A stretch of 64,000 bases of DNA, taken from positions 9,114,001 to 9,178,000 of the forward strand of contig NC_134025.1 in assembly GCF_964204645.1 (NCBI RefSeq), in the 5' to 3' direction. The notes beneath the pieces are model-generated. The model was not told the origin of the DNA, did not search any database, and saw nothing but the letters and a program-made list of their open reading frames with translations. Both the position numbers and the translations under genes were made by a program. Source of the DNA: Tubulanus polymorphus (lineage: Eukaryota > Animalia > Nemertea). Shown in pieces: positions 27,121-39,656 of this stretch. Positions within the stretch are counted from its first letter, which is position 1. The number at the start of each line of letters is the position of its first letter.

Positions 27121-27908
27121 ATTTTATCGACATATCGCGCTTCCTTATATCGTATTTGAAAACTTGTCGTTGAAGGTGCACAGCAGCTAAGAGAGAATCT
27201 GGTAATTCAACATCCCAGATTTAATTCAAATAATGAATTGTCATGTGCGTATTTCCGCGGAAATTATGGATCCGACGTATTTGGATGCTGGTTAATGAGT
27301 TTTATCTTGGATTTTATATCAGAGAGCCCGTTCCAAGAACTTGATTACGATGTAACTTGTATTTATTTGTTTGATCCCTTGCGTTCTTAAATGTAAAGGA
27401 AATAAAGTGAAAATAATTCATTGCCTTAAATTTGGATTCTTTTTGGAGGGAATGAAGTCTTATTTATGGAGAATTTGATGCCTTAAAAAATACCACGGAT
27501 TCCCAAATCTTGCTCGTTCTAGTCAGAAAGCACAAACACATTGTGATCCAGCCAAACCTGTTTTTTGTTTGTAACCTAGCTACTGGATAGTCATCATAGA
27601 CAGACAGTACTATCTACAGGGATTCTTAAGAGCTGTCAAATTTAAGTGGCAAGAATCCTCTAAATCAATATGCCTCAATTTGGGTTGAATGTTTTTGTAA
27701 ATAGTGTAAGTAAAAGTGACAACAGAAATACTAAACACGTTGAAACATTATTTGATTTCATCAACTCTGTATTTATTTGTGATAATTGTGAAAATTATAC
27801 AATCGAAGAATTTGTGGAAATAAAGTTGTTACTGAGTTCTGTAAGCACCTCTTTATTGACCTATTTGGATGAATACGCGATTTATTCATGGTCTGACATC
27901 GATTTTCT

Positions 27909-30429
27909 TCAGGGTGGCATCTTGACGGTGATGGGCTAAAATAGACAAGACAGTTGCCAAATGATTGACTGGTCACATATCCTCAATTCAGTCCGAAGTC
28001 TTCTTAATTGATTTGTAGTTTAGTCTGGTCTTGTATCGGAAATTTTCTTCATTTCAAATTTTACATACCACACTGCAGTACGGGCATTCGCCAAAAACAA
28101 CGTTGAAACTTTGACGACAGGATGGTAGAGCTTTTAACCACTGAAAGTAGAAAGCTTACAACATATTACCTTGAACTTCTTGCTTGGTGTTTAAATAAGT
28201 GTATGTGCATACCTCGTAAAGACAGGATCGGTGAAAAGGTTGGCCACATCTTGAATCTAAACAAGCTTGTTCTGGTATATTTTCATTTAATCTGTATGTG
28301 TAACAAATTCCGCATTCTACGCTGAAATCCTAAAAAGTCAAGAAATATGTCATAAGAAGATATTTTCAGAGTTAATAGAAAAGTTCCAGACCCTTTGTAC
28401 CTCTTTCTTTGAGTTTGATGGTGATGGAAAATCAACATCTAAAACTGACTTCAGATTCTCCAATAACGGTGTATTTGGATCCCTTTCATGAGACAATAAC
28501 AAGATAACAAGATATTGGTGATACACTGACACAACTATAAAATTAGATTTACACTTAGAACCTGCTTTATTCGGATCATTATTATCAAATGAAATTAATC
28601 TGGTTAATGAGAAATCCAGATCAAACATCATATTCTATAACTATAGATCAGGATGGACTGTAAATAATGTCATGATTATACTGAGCTGGACTAAACAGGT
28701 TTAACTGTAGGCCTACTTCACATAAACATTACATACCACTTTTCAATATTTCTATTCAGTGCATTTCTCAATGGGCTTGTCCCTGAAAATGGTTTGGAAA
28801 TAAAGTTTTAAGTCAATGACTACATGTACATATAGCTGCAAAGATGAACTGTACTATGTACCTACCATGTTCCGGTCCTAGAAACATAAACTCTGGAAGC
28901 GAGCGTGGCTGCCTTGGATCAATATCAATTTGTATCGATACATTGTTACCTGAAATATCATTTAAAATTTCGAATAAAATTCCCACTCCCATCAACCCAG
29001 CATGTGTGATATAAGGACACTCTCAGAAAACGAATTATGGATAGGTGATGGAATCATAATAGTCAAAGTGAGTAATGTACCTAATGCAATTCTGCGTTTA
29101 GTTGACGCTGGTGTTGGTTTTTCTGGTTCGAGAACCCAAGTATTCTTGTCTATTTCTTCAACCATTTTCCAAAATTCTTCATACTGGCTCAATTGGAATT
29201 TAAACAGGCTGTATAGGTCCTGCAGTTTGCAACCCTTCAGAAATTGAAGAGTTTCAGTTATGCCGGTATTACTTAAAAAGATGTGGTATGAAATATACAC
29301 GTTGGCCTACCTCTGTTCTGAATTTTGGCTCAAACCTTGAGGGCAAATCAACTTTCCATGTCGGACTATCAGCTGGATACTGAAAATTAGAAAAACGAGA
29401 TCAGACTTATAAAATGTAGATACTTTGAGTAAAAACGTGAAACTTATTTTTTATTTCTTATCTTACCCTCGAATTAACGCTGATTTCTATAACATGCCGA
29501 ACATTTCTCGAGTCTTTTGCCATCAGATGTATATCTTTGAAATCAGGGTCTACATAAACTAACCTTAAAATGAATACCATACACAGAGTTATAAAACCTG
29601 AATGATAAGATCTGATATCATTAGTACCGGTCTACATGTGTGTAGTATTGCATTGAAATTAGTATAATTGTAAGTGAAATTGGTTTCTTTCAGATCGAAT
29701 CATAGTTTTTGAGTGAAAATTATTCAAAGTTGTTAGATTTCACTCATTCACTAATTGTTAACATTAATTTTAACTCACAACCGTTGGGTCCAAAGGCTAT
29801 ACTTACTTGTCCCATCCTATTTCTTCTATATCTACTATCAGACTTTTATAGAAGCTTGCTGGAGGTATTTTTGTTTGAGTTTTATTATTTTCACCGAGAC
29901 AGTTTGCCTGTAAGAAATGATTTTTGTATTTTTCGGAGAGTGCATTACGCATGACACACTAATCATGGAAATCTAGTCACTCACTTACAATTATACTTTT
30001 TAGTTCAACAAGAAACGCAGCTAAATCTTGACACTCTTCCAGTCTCTATGAGGATATTTAGATGATTAATTCATTTTATTAGATTTCCATTTAGTTGTCA
30101 TTGCTAAATTGAAAACAAGATAACCCCGGAAAATCAATGACCACCTCAATTTGAACCAACCTTTTTAATTACGTCTCGTGAATCTCTTAGTATGTAATCT
30201 AACTGCCATTCAAATGTCATCTTCAGATGTCGAAGGTTATCAGTTTCATACGAAAAGTGCACCTGGAAATACGACCCCTGAAAAAATATTTAGAATATTA
30301 AATACCATCATTTTGCATTCACCAGGAGTTTCTATGCAATGAACTTACGGAAACACATAGGAAACCGCTATATTGGGTTTTTTCCACATTTTGGGGCAAA
30401 AGTAATGGGCATATTGCCTGTACTTCCAT
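27909..30429 (-). CDS. FANCL: E3 ubiquitin ligase FANCL, ~362 aa, 13 coding exons
   Basis: Exons (minus) 30429-30349, 30277-30161, 30045-29989, 29907-29807, 29563-29467, 29379-29311, 29219-29081, 28949-28866, 28782-28737, 28482-28401, 28329-28213, 28140-28069, 27935-27909. CPLLLPQN, IEEIGWDKL, EIDKNTWVLEPEKP..RRIALG, RING ECGICY...CGQPFHRSCLYEWL..QSFNVVFGECPYC, end PITVKM. Confidence 0.95.
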
Positions 30430-30663
30430 CCTTGATTTTGACCATAGAACTGTTTTGATAGATATCGATAACCAGGCGGTGCTGCTACCTAGCGGCAATT
30501 ACAGTAACAATACCTGTAACAGAGTACATAAAAATATAAAATTCAGCGTTATTCGGAGTTTTAAAGAGAAATGAATCTTGGCCATGGAATAGTTGGTATC
30601 TAATCGATAATGCTTGGGAAATGTATATATTTCAGCATCGGATACAAGCCAAATAACCTTTAA

Positions 30664-31193
30664 CCCTTTGAGGTCCGAGTAACTCTAACTATGGAGAAAC
30701 ATTGTATTTATGCTATTATGAACTTGGTTATACAGCAACTTAAACATTTTGGGTGAAAAAAATTGAATTCATCAAATCCCATGGTTGCTATGGTAACCGG
30801 AAGTCGAAAAATCTGAAAATTCACCCTAACTTCCTGACTAGGTCAAGACAGATAGGCCTATCTTGCCAAAACCACCTGAAATCATCTGCAAATAACAGTA
30901 TCTTCAAACGCCTGTAGGGACTTTTAGGTCCCATTGCTTATATAGGAGTTATACGTGGTTGGACTTAAAAGTCCCGACAGGTTTCTTTTCACAGGTTTGG
31001 TCTCATCATGTTTCCATGGTGACCACATCCTAGTCAATCTGAATCATCAGAAAACAATTTGATTAATTGGAAATGTTAGAAAACATAGTTATGCATTATT
31101 TAAAAGTAGTAGGTTGGAATTTATTCGTTTGATAATCAACTTATTGTGGGTTAAAGGGGTTCAGACCCAAAAGTCCCATCTGACCTGAAAGGG
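30664..31193. mobile_element. piggyBac-like non-autonomous element between the divergent FANCL and GCH1 promoters
   Basis: TTAA|ccctttgaggtccga ... tctgacctgaaaggg|TTAA: 13/15 terminal inverted repeat with an intact TTAA target duplication. Confidence 0.8.
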
Positions 31194-31484
31194 TTAATAT
31201 CACAAACTATCGAGGAAGAATCACGGAATGACATGCATGGGGAACCCTCCTATTGATCGCGTAATTACGGGATTCCCAGCCCAAATTAAATAACGAAACG
31301 CTGGTAGCGCAATAGGTCCTAAAATCATCTAATTAAGATTCATATATGTGATATTGATACTTTCTTTTAAATCAAATTAAAATCAATGGTGTGAATGCGC
31401 TTTGATTCATAAGTCCATCGTATACACAAATAATTCATGATTGTTTAATGAGCGTCCTGGTTTTAGTTTGCGTGAAATCTGAAG

Positions 31485-31612
31485 TGCGCATGCGTTGTTA
31501 TGTACATGTGCCATTGTTTACGGAAGTAATACATGACAGAAAGAATTGTGTCACAGTTGAGATAGCAAAACTGGCCGTCTATAAAACTTCGGCAATTTAC
31601 CAATTGTGACAG
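31485..31612 (+). promoter_or_regulatory. GCH1 core promoter
   Basis: NRF1-like tgcgcatgcg (31485-31494), ETS acggaagt (~31520), TATA box tataaaa (31580-31586) about 30 bp upstream of the first ATG. Confidence 0.5.
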
Positions 31613-31613
31613 T

Positions 31614-34600
31614 ATGCTGAAAGCGGCCAGGTTGTTCACGGTACCTGAACTTTTAACGCAAAACATGTGTGACATGAACGGGGTAGCGGACGGCGAAATG
31701 GCAAGTAATGATTGCGAAGCGATTGACAAGAAATTTAGAGAACTTTCCCTTCGAAAGAGTGGTTTACTAAATCAGAACCACGTTAACGATTCGCAGTCCA
31801 TCGACTCGGAGCATTCATCGATGACTGGTCCGGAGGTAAAGAAAGTGAAGCCGCGTCCGGAGAGGACGTCGAGCTTCAACCGATCGGCCAGTGTGTCGAG
31901 CATGAATGAATATACGCATATGGTCGAAACGCGTAGACGCAAAAATAGCGAACGAGAAGAGGACCGCACACGGACTGTCGAGGGCATCTCTGAGGCGTAT
32001 CGCGATATTCTGGTTCACGTCGGTGAGGACATATCGCGTGAAGGATTACTGAAGACTCCTGACCGCGCGGCGAAAGCTATGATGTTTTTCACAAAAGGCT
32101 ATGAAGAGAAAATATCGGGTAAGACAAGAATAGAAATTTTTGATATTGTTATTTTCTGAAGATTATTAATTTGATGTGAGGGTGCGGAAAATTGACTTAT
32201 TAACAACCTGCTTTAACTGCTGCTGTTATTGTATTGTGAGCTTCCAGTTAAGCATGAAACATTTTCCTTTAAACCTGGGTCGAGTTTTATAGACTGGTAT
32301 TAACTTTAATCTGGGGGCTTACTCGATTCATTTGCAACTGAGTTAACCCCGAGTTAAAATAAAACCAGTCTATAAAACTGGCCCTTATTATTTTTGAAGT
32401 CACACTAAGTGAAACCTCCATATAGGTAGTATGGATCTCTATCCATGAAAGTCAGGTTAAATTTTTTCACTGTGTGATCTATATTCTTGGAAGGCCTACA
32501 GCAATGCATTATTACGTAATGCAGCCCCTAACCACTGCCCCTTGAAGTGAAGTGAATTTTTAAGAATTGTTTTACATATGTTGCCCTTTTCATATTCAGC
32601 CAATAAATTAGGTAAGTACTATACAGAAAAGTTGCAGACTTTTATATGGGAAAATGATAGATTCGCTTCGCTGTATAATCAAATACATGAATATAGTACT
32701 GGTTTAGGTGTTCAGTCTTCTTGAATCATTCACAGCCTAGTAGCCTAACCTAATTGCTCTTAGCTACTATAATTGCTCTTAGCAGAAGACAATTGATCAT
32801 GCTCAGTGTCACTCAATTAGGGCTATTGACTAGGAACTGGTAGGCCTAGCTTAAATCCTAGGGAGGTGTTCCTGATTCTACCAATTGATTATAGCCTCCA
32901 TAGGCCTAGTCAGTACGTTATTGACATACCTATATCCTGATATACATTGCTGTTAAAAGAATTGATCGAAAAATCCTTTGTATCAAACAGATTAGAATGC
33001 TCAAAATAAAAATTTTGAAATGATTTCAAGCACCCTGGAAAGAGTTTTGTTTCTCAGTTCATCATGCTTGGTTTATCAGTTTTACTCCCTGAGCTAGCCA
33101 ACGCTACGATAAGTGAATGGTGGTAATACGTGCTGTGATTCTGCTTGTGTTGAACCTTGCCATTTTTTAGCGATTCCAATGATTATATCTCGCTTCCCAC
33201 GCAATCCCTGAGAAATCCATGATCGTAATTCAATGCCCTATCCTTCCTATCACCCTGCTGTCCTTGACCTAAAGTTCCCATGATCAGTTATGCTCTAAAC
33301 GTAAGCGCGGCGAAATTCACTCGACTCATGAAATCATTTGAATTAAGATCTTTTGCATTCGGTAGTCTAAATACCAGACAATTCCCTAGATTGGGAAACA
33401 AAGGCCAGATGCTAGACTATTGGCTGCCTGATTTTGTTCTCTTGATAATTTGTTCGGAAAAACAATCGATGTTGACTCATAACTCATTCAAATAGTCGAC
33501 TGTCACCAGTTTTAATGGTGAATATTGCGAATAAATGTTGATTTTAAGCTATGAACAATTGAGCACGAAAGGGAGGAAATTTTCTAACGCCAAATAGGCA
33601 TAGACCTAGGCCTGCCTACTATATTTGATGTTCTCATGCTCTGAGGTTTTTGAATGATAAGGAAATCGTATCGATCGCGATGGCTGATGCAGTATTTCTG
33701 TTACCACCCCCACACTTGGTTCTTTTGTAAATGCCAGGATTTCCACGCTGCTTAATTCTGTAGCTCAATCTGGCTATTCATTGAATCAAAGTATAATGAT
33801 CTATTGGAGCTGTCAACGAAATATTGGCTCTACAGAAAAATAATGACTGGATATATGATTTCTATTTTGCTTAATCACTCCCGCCTCATTTGGCGTTGTG
33901 AATGAACCGTTCATTTGACAACTATTTCGGTATAGCTGATTCTGATTCATACGCAATACATATTTGAAACTTTTAAATAGGAACGAATTAATCCAGATGA
34001 TTGTATCCGTTGCATAACTATAGTAGCCTAATTGCTATTGCTTCTTATCAACACTTTATTAAGCTATTCATCATATTTATCGGTATTTCTTCGGCCACAC
34101 ATTTTAATGGATTTCCTGAAAGCTAACTCTACATCGAACCGTGGATTACATGCACTCACCAGGGCCTGGTTTTATAGACCGGCTTAACTTTGACCCAGGG
34201 GCTAACTCAATTGAAAATGAATTAGGCCTGTGTTAAAAATAATTCCTGTCAAAAAAACCGGCCCCAGGGATCAAACAAAGGGATCAAAGCGTGCTAACCA
34301 GTAGACCAGTAGACCAGTAGAACTAGTTCACTTGGTCAGTGGTGATACAGCCTTGCTTAACACCATGTCCACGATCAAGGTAATCATGGAGCAATGCAGC
34401 AATTCGTCCTCCGTGTATTCAAATCGTATTCCAATTGTTCATTTAAGGAAATGCTCACAGCAGTCACTCGTACACAACCAGGGAGGTTCTCTCGATCGCA
34501 CCTCCCTGCAGTTAGAGAGATGTGAGACTTCTGCGGTTTCCGATGTTGTTTCATTGATGTGTGTAATGAATAGAATATGATAACACCAGTTCGATGAATT

Positions 34601-37600
34601 CGAGTTCCCCACCAGGTGAACTGATAGATTCTATCGATGTGATGGCTTGTCACTGGCAGTGTCATTGATTGGGAAATTCTGTCACAGATTAATTCATCTA
34701 ACCGAAATATAACCTGATCAGCACTCCTATAAGCTAGTAGGCCCTACACTTAAAATGAATCCTATATTGAATTCTGTCTCTTGATTTACCTAGTACTTTC
34801 ATTGAATGATCTTTAGTTTTCTCTTCTCTAGTTGAATGGTGAACCAATCCTCGTTCAACGTCACATCAAATCACTTTAAGCCTAGTTTATCGCTTCGATT
34901 TTTTTTTTCAAATATATTTTTAGATTCTCTAAGATGGTATTTTTCTGAGGCCTTCTTTTTGATCCTTTTTCCTAGAATGTCTACCTCAAAAATACATTCC
35001 TGTCATGTCTTATCAAGTCATTCTTCAGTGCATTAAAGTAAATAGGCTACTCAGATTTTATCATTAAATGATTTCTAGATACTCTTGTCGGAAACCAGTT
35101 TTGAATATTCCAATTCACTTAATGCAAATAAGTAACAACATGTAGATCACCAGGTCTGGGCAAGGCCTGTGATTCTATGGAAAATATGTTTTTTCTTAAA
35201 TGTAATTAGATAATCACTACGTCGATAGCCTCAGTGATAAAAACGAAATGTTAAAAAGCTGAAAAATTTAAATGTACTGCAGGCCTAAATGTATTAGATA
35301 TGAATATAAAGATGAAATTGAAGAAAACGCCATTTTTCAATTGAGACATACCAGTATTTAAAAAAATGATTACTGGTTATAGAAGAAACTTTGAATGGTG
35401 TTCCTTGAAATAAGAAAATATTAAGTACGTTGTAACACATTGCTGTTCAGGCATGCATAATCTTTTCACATTGTAAAGTAAAACGCATTCACAGAGACGT
35501 TTTACAAATCAAGATAATTGAAGACGGTTAAAAAGTTCATGTCTTTGTCAGTGAATAGGTCAGGTATATTTCCCACAAATGATTTTATGAGTATGAAAGT
35601 TCAATTGGTAGTTTTGACCTTTTGGTCTTAGAAGATAAGATGTATTGTTGTTCTACATGGAGTTTTGAAAAGCGCTTTTGAATTCTTGAAAGAAATTATG
35701 AATCATTATAGTCAGTTGATATTTTTTCTGTGTCCAGTTTTTCATGTGTATGACGTTAAGATAGATCTCAGAGTGGAACTGCGTGACAGTATGTTGTCAT
35801 TGGTAACCGCTGAATAACCTTTTCTCATAACTCTGAATGCAATATCCATCATCAGTCCAGACAAGGCATCGAACATACTCTCGTTCATTCATTCATAAGC
35901 TACCAATCAGTAATCATGCAATCATGATTTGCTTCTGGAGTTTCTGATTTTGCTCATAATGTATTTACATCAGTAATTAGTGTTAGATCAGGATTTTATC
36001 ATCTTTGACTTTTGTCACAGTTAGCAGAAAAAATCCCCTTCATAAAAAATTTAAAGGTCAATTCATATTGATGTAGGTATTCAATTTATTCATTTTCTAC
36101 TATGGTATAACAAAAGAATATCATGAGCATATATAATGATGTTCTTGAAAAATCACTAAGTGGGGATTTTTACCTAATGGGAAGATTTGGGGATTTTTAG
36201 CTAGGTAATTTTTACCCACACTGCCCAGGGTTGGTTCTAACCTTCTCTAACAATAATTTTTTTCGCTAATGAGAATGGAGAAGTAATTCAGTTTATTCAT
36301 CGAAGTTTTTTAAGATTGTTTAGTTAAAAGGAAGCAAAAACACCGTTACCATGAAAAGAATTTGCTGATAATTTTACAAAGCGAGATTTTAAGATTCTTT
36401 TACTGTATCAAAAATGTGTTCTTTCTGATATTGTTTGATGATTGTTTTATGAGAATTTCGTTATCTTTTTTTCAGAAATTCTGAATGATGCAATATTTGA
36501 TGAGGACCACGACGAGATGGTGATAGTTAAAGATATAGAAATGTTTTCAATGTGTGAACACCATCTTGTGCCATTTATAGGCAAGGTAAATTGCCTGATT
36601 AAAAAAAGGATCAGTCAGCGTTTCCTAGGGTGGATCAAGGATTTTTCTAGACAGGTTCAAGAAAAGAAAAAAAAGGCTTAACGCAACACGTAAATTTTTT
36701 TTTTTGAAGAATTAGGCCTCTGAATTGATAAAAATGTTTTGAAAATCTGTCAAAATCTGTCTGGAAAGTGATAAATAATGCTAGTTAAGAAGATTAGCTC
36801 ATCAAATTAAAAAAAATGTATAGAAATTTGAAAAGATGTATCTAGCAATACCGGTGATTTCTAAAGCCGGCTTAATTTTGCATAACTATATTTCTAGGTG
36901 TCTGTTGGCTATCTTCCAAATAAAAAGGTCCTAGGATTGAGCAAAATTGCCAGGTATGTAGAAAATTTCATAAGCATTTCATAACAACTACTGGGCTAGA
37001 CTGCCATAAATTAGGAGGCCTCAATTTAAAGTATCCAAAAACAGCCAATTGGCTATATATCAAACGATAGTGATGTCTAATGTTGCATGAACTGCTGAAG
37101 TTCTGGTGGATTGGTATTGAATAATTCATTACTAACATTTACATGGCAAATATCTAATAATTAGACACCTTTTCACTGGAAATCATGTCATTCCGTGTAA
37201 TATTGTAAAGTTGTGATATGTATATATGTAGCTCTATGTATTACTTACAGGTGCGCACACTTACATGATATAAAACATTTTTCATGGCTTATATGTGTTT
37301 TTATTGTCGTCGACCAGGTGTTGTGTTGGCCGACAATTTCATCATGAATCTCTCTTCTCCATTCATTGATTTCTACACAAGATTCGATATTTTCAATACG
37401 ATAAAAATTGTTTTCGAATTTTCAGTACTGGCCATAAAAATGCAGGACTTCTGAATGCTTATTTTTTCGATTACACCACTTATTTTTTTGTTTTTTTCTA
37501 CACGAATGATCATCATTAACCGAGTATATTTGATAGTTACTGAGTGAATTTCCTGCTCTAATGGAACCCAGTTGATATTACAACTGCAATCACTTAGACT

Positions 37601-38332
37601 AATGAAATCGATGGTAGTCGAGCGGCATTCATAAATCATTGCAGCTGAATATAGAATTTTGCAATATCATATGATAGCGTAATGATATTCCCACTGGTTT
37701 CAGAACTCGGATCAAAATGTGTTAATCTTTGTCGGGATTTTGATTGACTGCTTTCAATTGTTAAGATTAATTTTTCACTTTAGCATCCATCTCATTCGTG
37801 CTAAATATCGATTACATGGAAAAGAACATCTAAGATATGTCTTCGTTATTTTGTTGAATTCAAAATACTTATATTTCATATTTTCCATCTGTTTTCAGAA
37901 TCGTTGAAGTCTACAGTCGAAGATTACAAGGTATTCTATTTTTGCTTTATTCAATGAATGTGTTATTAGCGAAAATGGACAGGTAATTTCTTAAGTTACC
38001 AGCAATTGTTTTCAAATACAATATATATTTCCAGTTCAAGAACGTCTTACAAAACAGATAGCTGTTGCCTTAACCGAAGCAGTTCAACCAGCCGGTGTTG
38101 GTGTGATTATTGAAGCAACGTAGGTGGCTTGTGTGGTCGTCGATTTAGCCTGAAAATGTTGCGTGATATAGAAGAAAAAATTGCTAATTCTCGATCTTCT
38201 TGCAGGCACATGTGTATGGTAATGAGGGGTGTGCAAAAACTGAACAGCCGAACACTAACCAGTACAATGTTAGGTGTCTTCCGTGAGGATCCAAAAACCC
38301 GCGAAGAGTTCCTGTCTTTGATAAAAACGTAG
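31614..38332 (+). CDS. GCH1: GTP cyclohydrolase 1, 6 coding exons (~304 aa from the first in-frame ATG; ATG 31665 or 31674 is a more plausible start given the TATA position)
   Basis: Exons 31614-32118, 36476-36585, 36898-36953, 37899-37930, 38035-38119, 38206-38332. [64 protein letters not shown] (Zn ligands). Confidence 0.97.
32277..32384. mobile_element. ~110-bp hairpin MITE (PIF/Harbinger-like) in GCH1 intron 1
   Basis: gggtcgagttttatagactggt ... accagtctataaaactggccc inverted arms. Confidence 0.65.
34162..34265. mobile_element. ~105-bp hairpin MITE, same family as 32277-32384
   Basis: gggcctggttttatagac ... gtcaaaaaaaccggcccc with cag on both flanks. Confidence 0.6.
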
Positions 38333-38579
38333 GAAACTCGCGAATATCGGCGAAAAGAAATAAACTGTGATCAGTCTTTGCGATTTGTCTTGGGGACGTT
38401 AAAAGCTTATTGATTAATACATATGTGATTTACAATATCAGACACAATGAAGTCTTTACATTGTATGATAATCTTGTCAATAGATCTAACGTTATTAAAG
38501 AGGGATATGAAGTGTATACATGTTTTCAGGTCGAAATACAAGCTGAGCTGTTGTGTCGGGCAATAAATGCTTACTATTA

Positions 38580-38912
38580 AGGCACCTGCACATGAGCGCA
38601 TTATGCTTACGCATTTTGCGCTGCACTAAGTTCGAAGGCATTTAGCGCCGAATATAGGCCCCGTACGCGCCCGCACAAGCTGAAAATGCTCTCATCAAAG
38701 GGAGCTATGGCAAGTGTGCATGGATAATGAAATCATATTTACTACATATCCTCATCATTTACAAGTGACTTTTCATCATCGCCGTCAAAACTATTTGAAT
38801 ATAAAGGAATTCTTCTATTCCTAGTACATCTAAATCAAGATCGAGGGTCTTGCAAGTGAAAACTGCGCTGTGCACTTTGCGTCCGCATTATTCAGCTCAT
38901 GTGCGAGGGTCT
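38580..38912. mobile_element. Degenerate MITE / inverted repeat in GCH1 3' UTR
   Basis: ggcacctgcacatgagcgcattatgc pairs with gcattattcagctcatgtgcgagggtct; taa/tta flanks. Confidence 0.45.
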
Positions 38913-39484
38913 TTACCTGGTAATTTCTTTTTAAAGACAGCTCAGACTGCTTAGTTTTAAGCACGATTCATTTCATTTCAATGTATATGCCTAACATTAG
39001 AAATAGAAATTAGAAAATGTTTACTTTGCTGTGGTGTTTGGAAAGTGCTTAGATGATACTGTATTTTATTCTGAAGTCCATTGACCTGCTGTACCTGCGT
39101 ATCAAGATGTTTTCCTTGTTCGATAATACGTGACATATCATATTTTAGTAATTCCAATTCAGTATTACAATATACAATGCTGGTAGGCAGAAAAGAAAAG
39201 TTTGCGTACTTTAATCAATCAACCCGTGAATATTCGGCTCATTATAGACTTGCATCAACCCATGGGGTAGTATGCCGTTTGTGAAATTTCATGTAGATTT
39301 CTAGATAGTTTATTAATGCCTCCAATTGAGAATAGTTTGATTTTGGTGTTGGATTCAGATAACAATATTTATATTTTGACATATTTTGCACATATACTTG
39401 AGGGACAGATGATTAATTGATCTTAGTCGTTCTTATATAGATTTATGTAACCATATGATGAGTGTATACACATTCTAGGCAGAA

Positions 39485-39656
39485 CAGTAAACCTCGCCTT
39501 GCTCGGACATGGCCGACTCAGATTTTCGACTAACTCCGAAAAAAACGAAATCATTTTCCTGACTTCCTAATGTATGGTCCTATCCTTAACTAGGACTGGG
39601 CTTACCTCGACCAATTTAGCCAGTCCCAGTTTGTCCGAGTTCTAGAGGTTTAGCGT
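39485..39656. mobile_element. Tc1/mariner(pogo)-like MITE, reverse-orientation copy
   Basis: cagtaaacctcgcct ... gaggtttagcg; reverse complement of the 4640-4810 / 63409-63548 family. Confidence 0.65.

Noticed and set aside
38330-38413. GCH1 stop-codon read-through extension
   Set aside because: TAG-G context is not leaky and the extension has no recognisable targeting motif.
38623-38634. gcactaagttcg match to SRP (7SL) RNA
   Set aside because: Only 12 nt; Alu and S-domain sequences are absent, and it lies inside a degenerate MITE.
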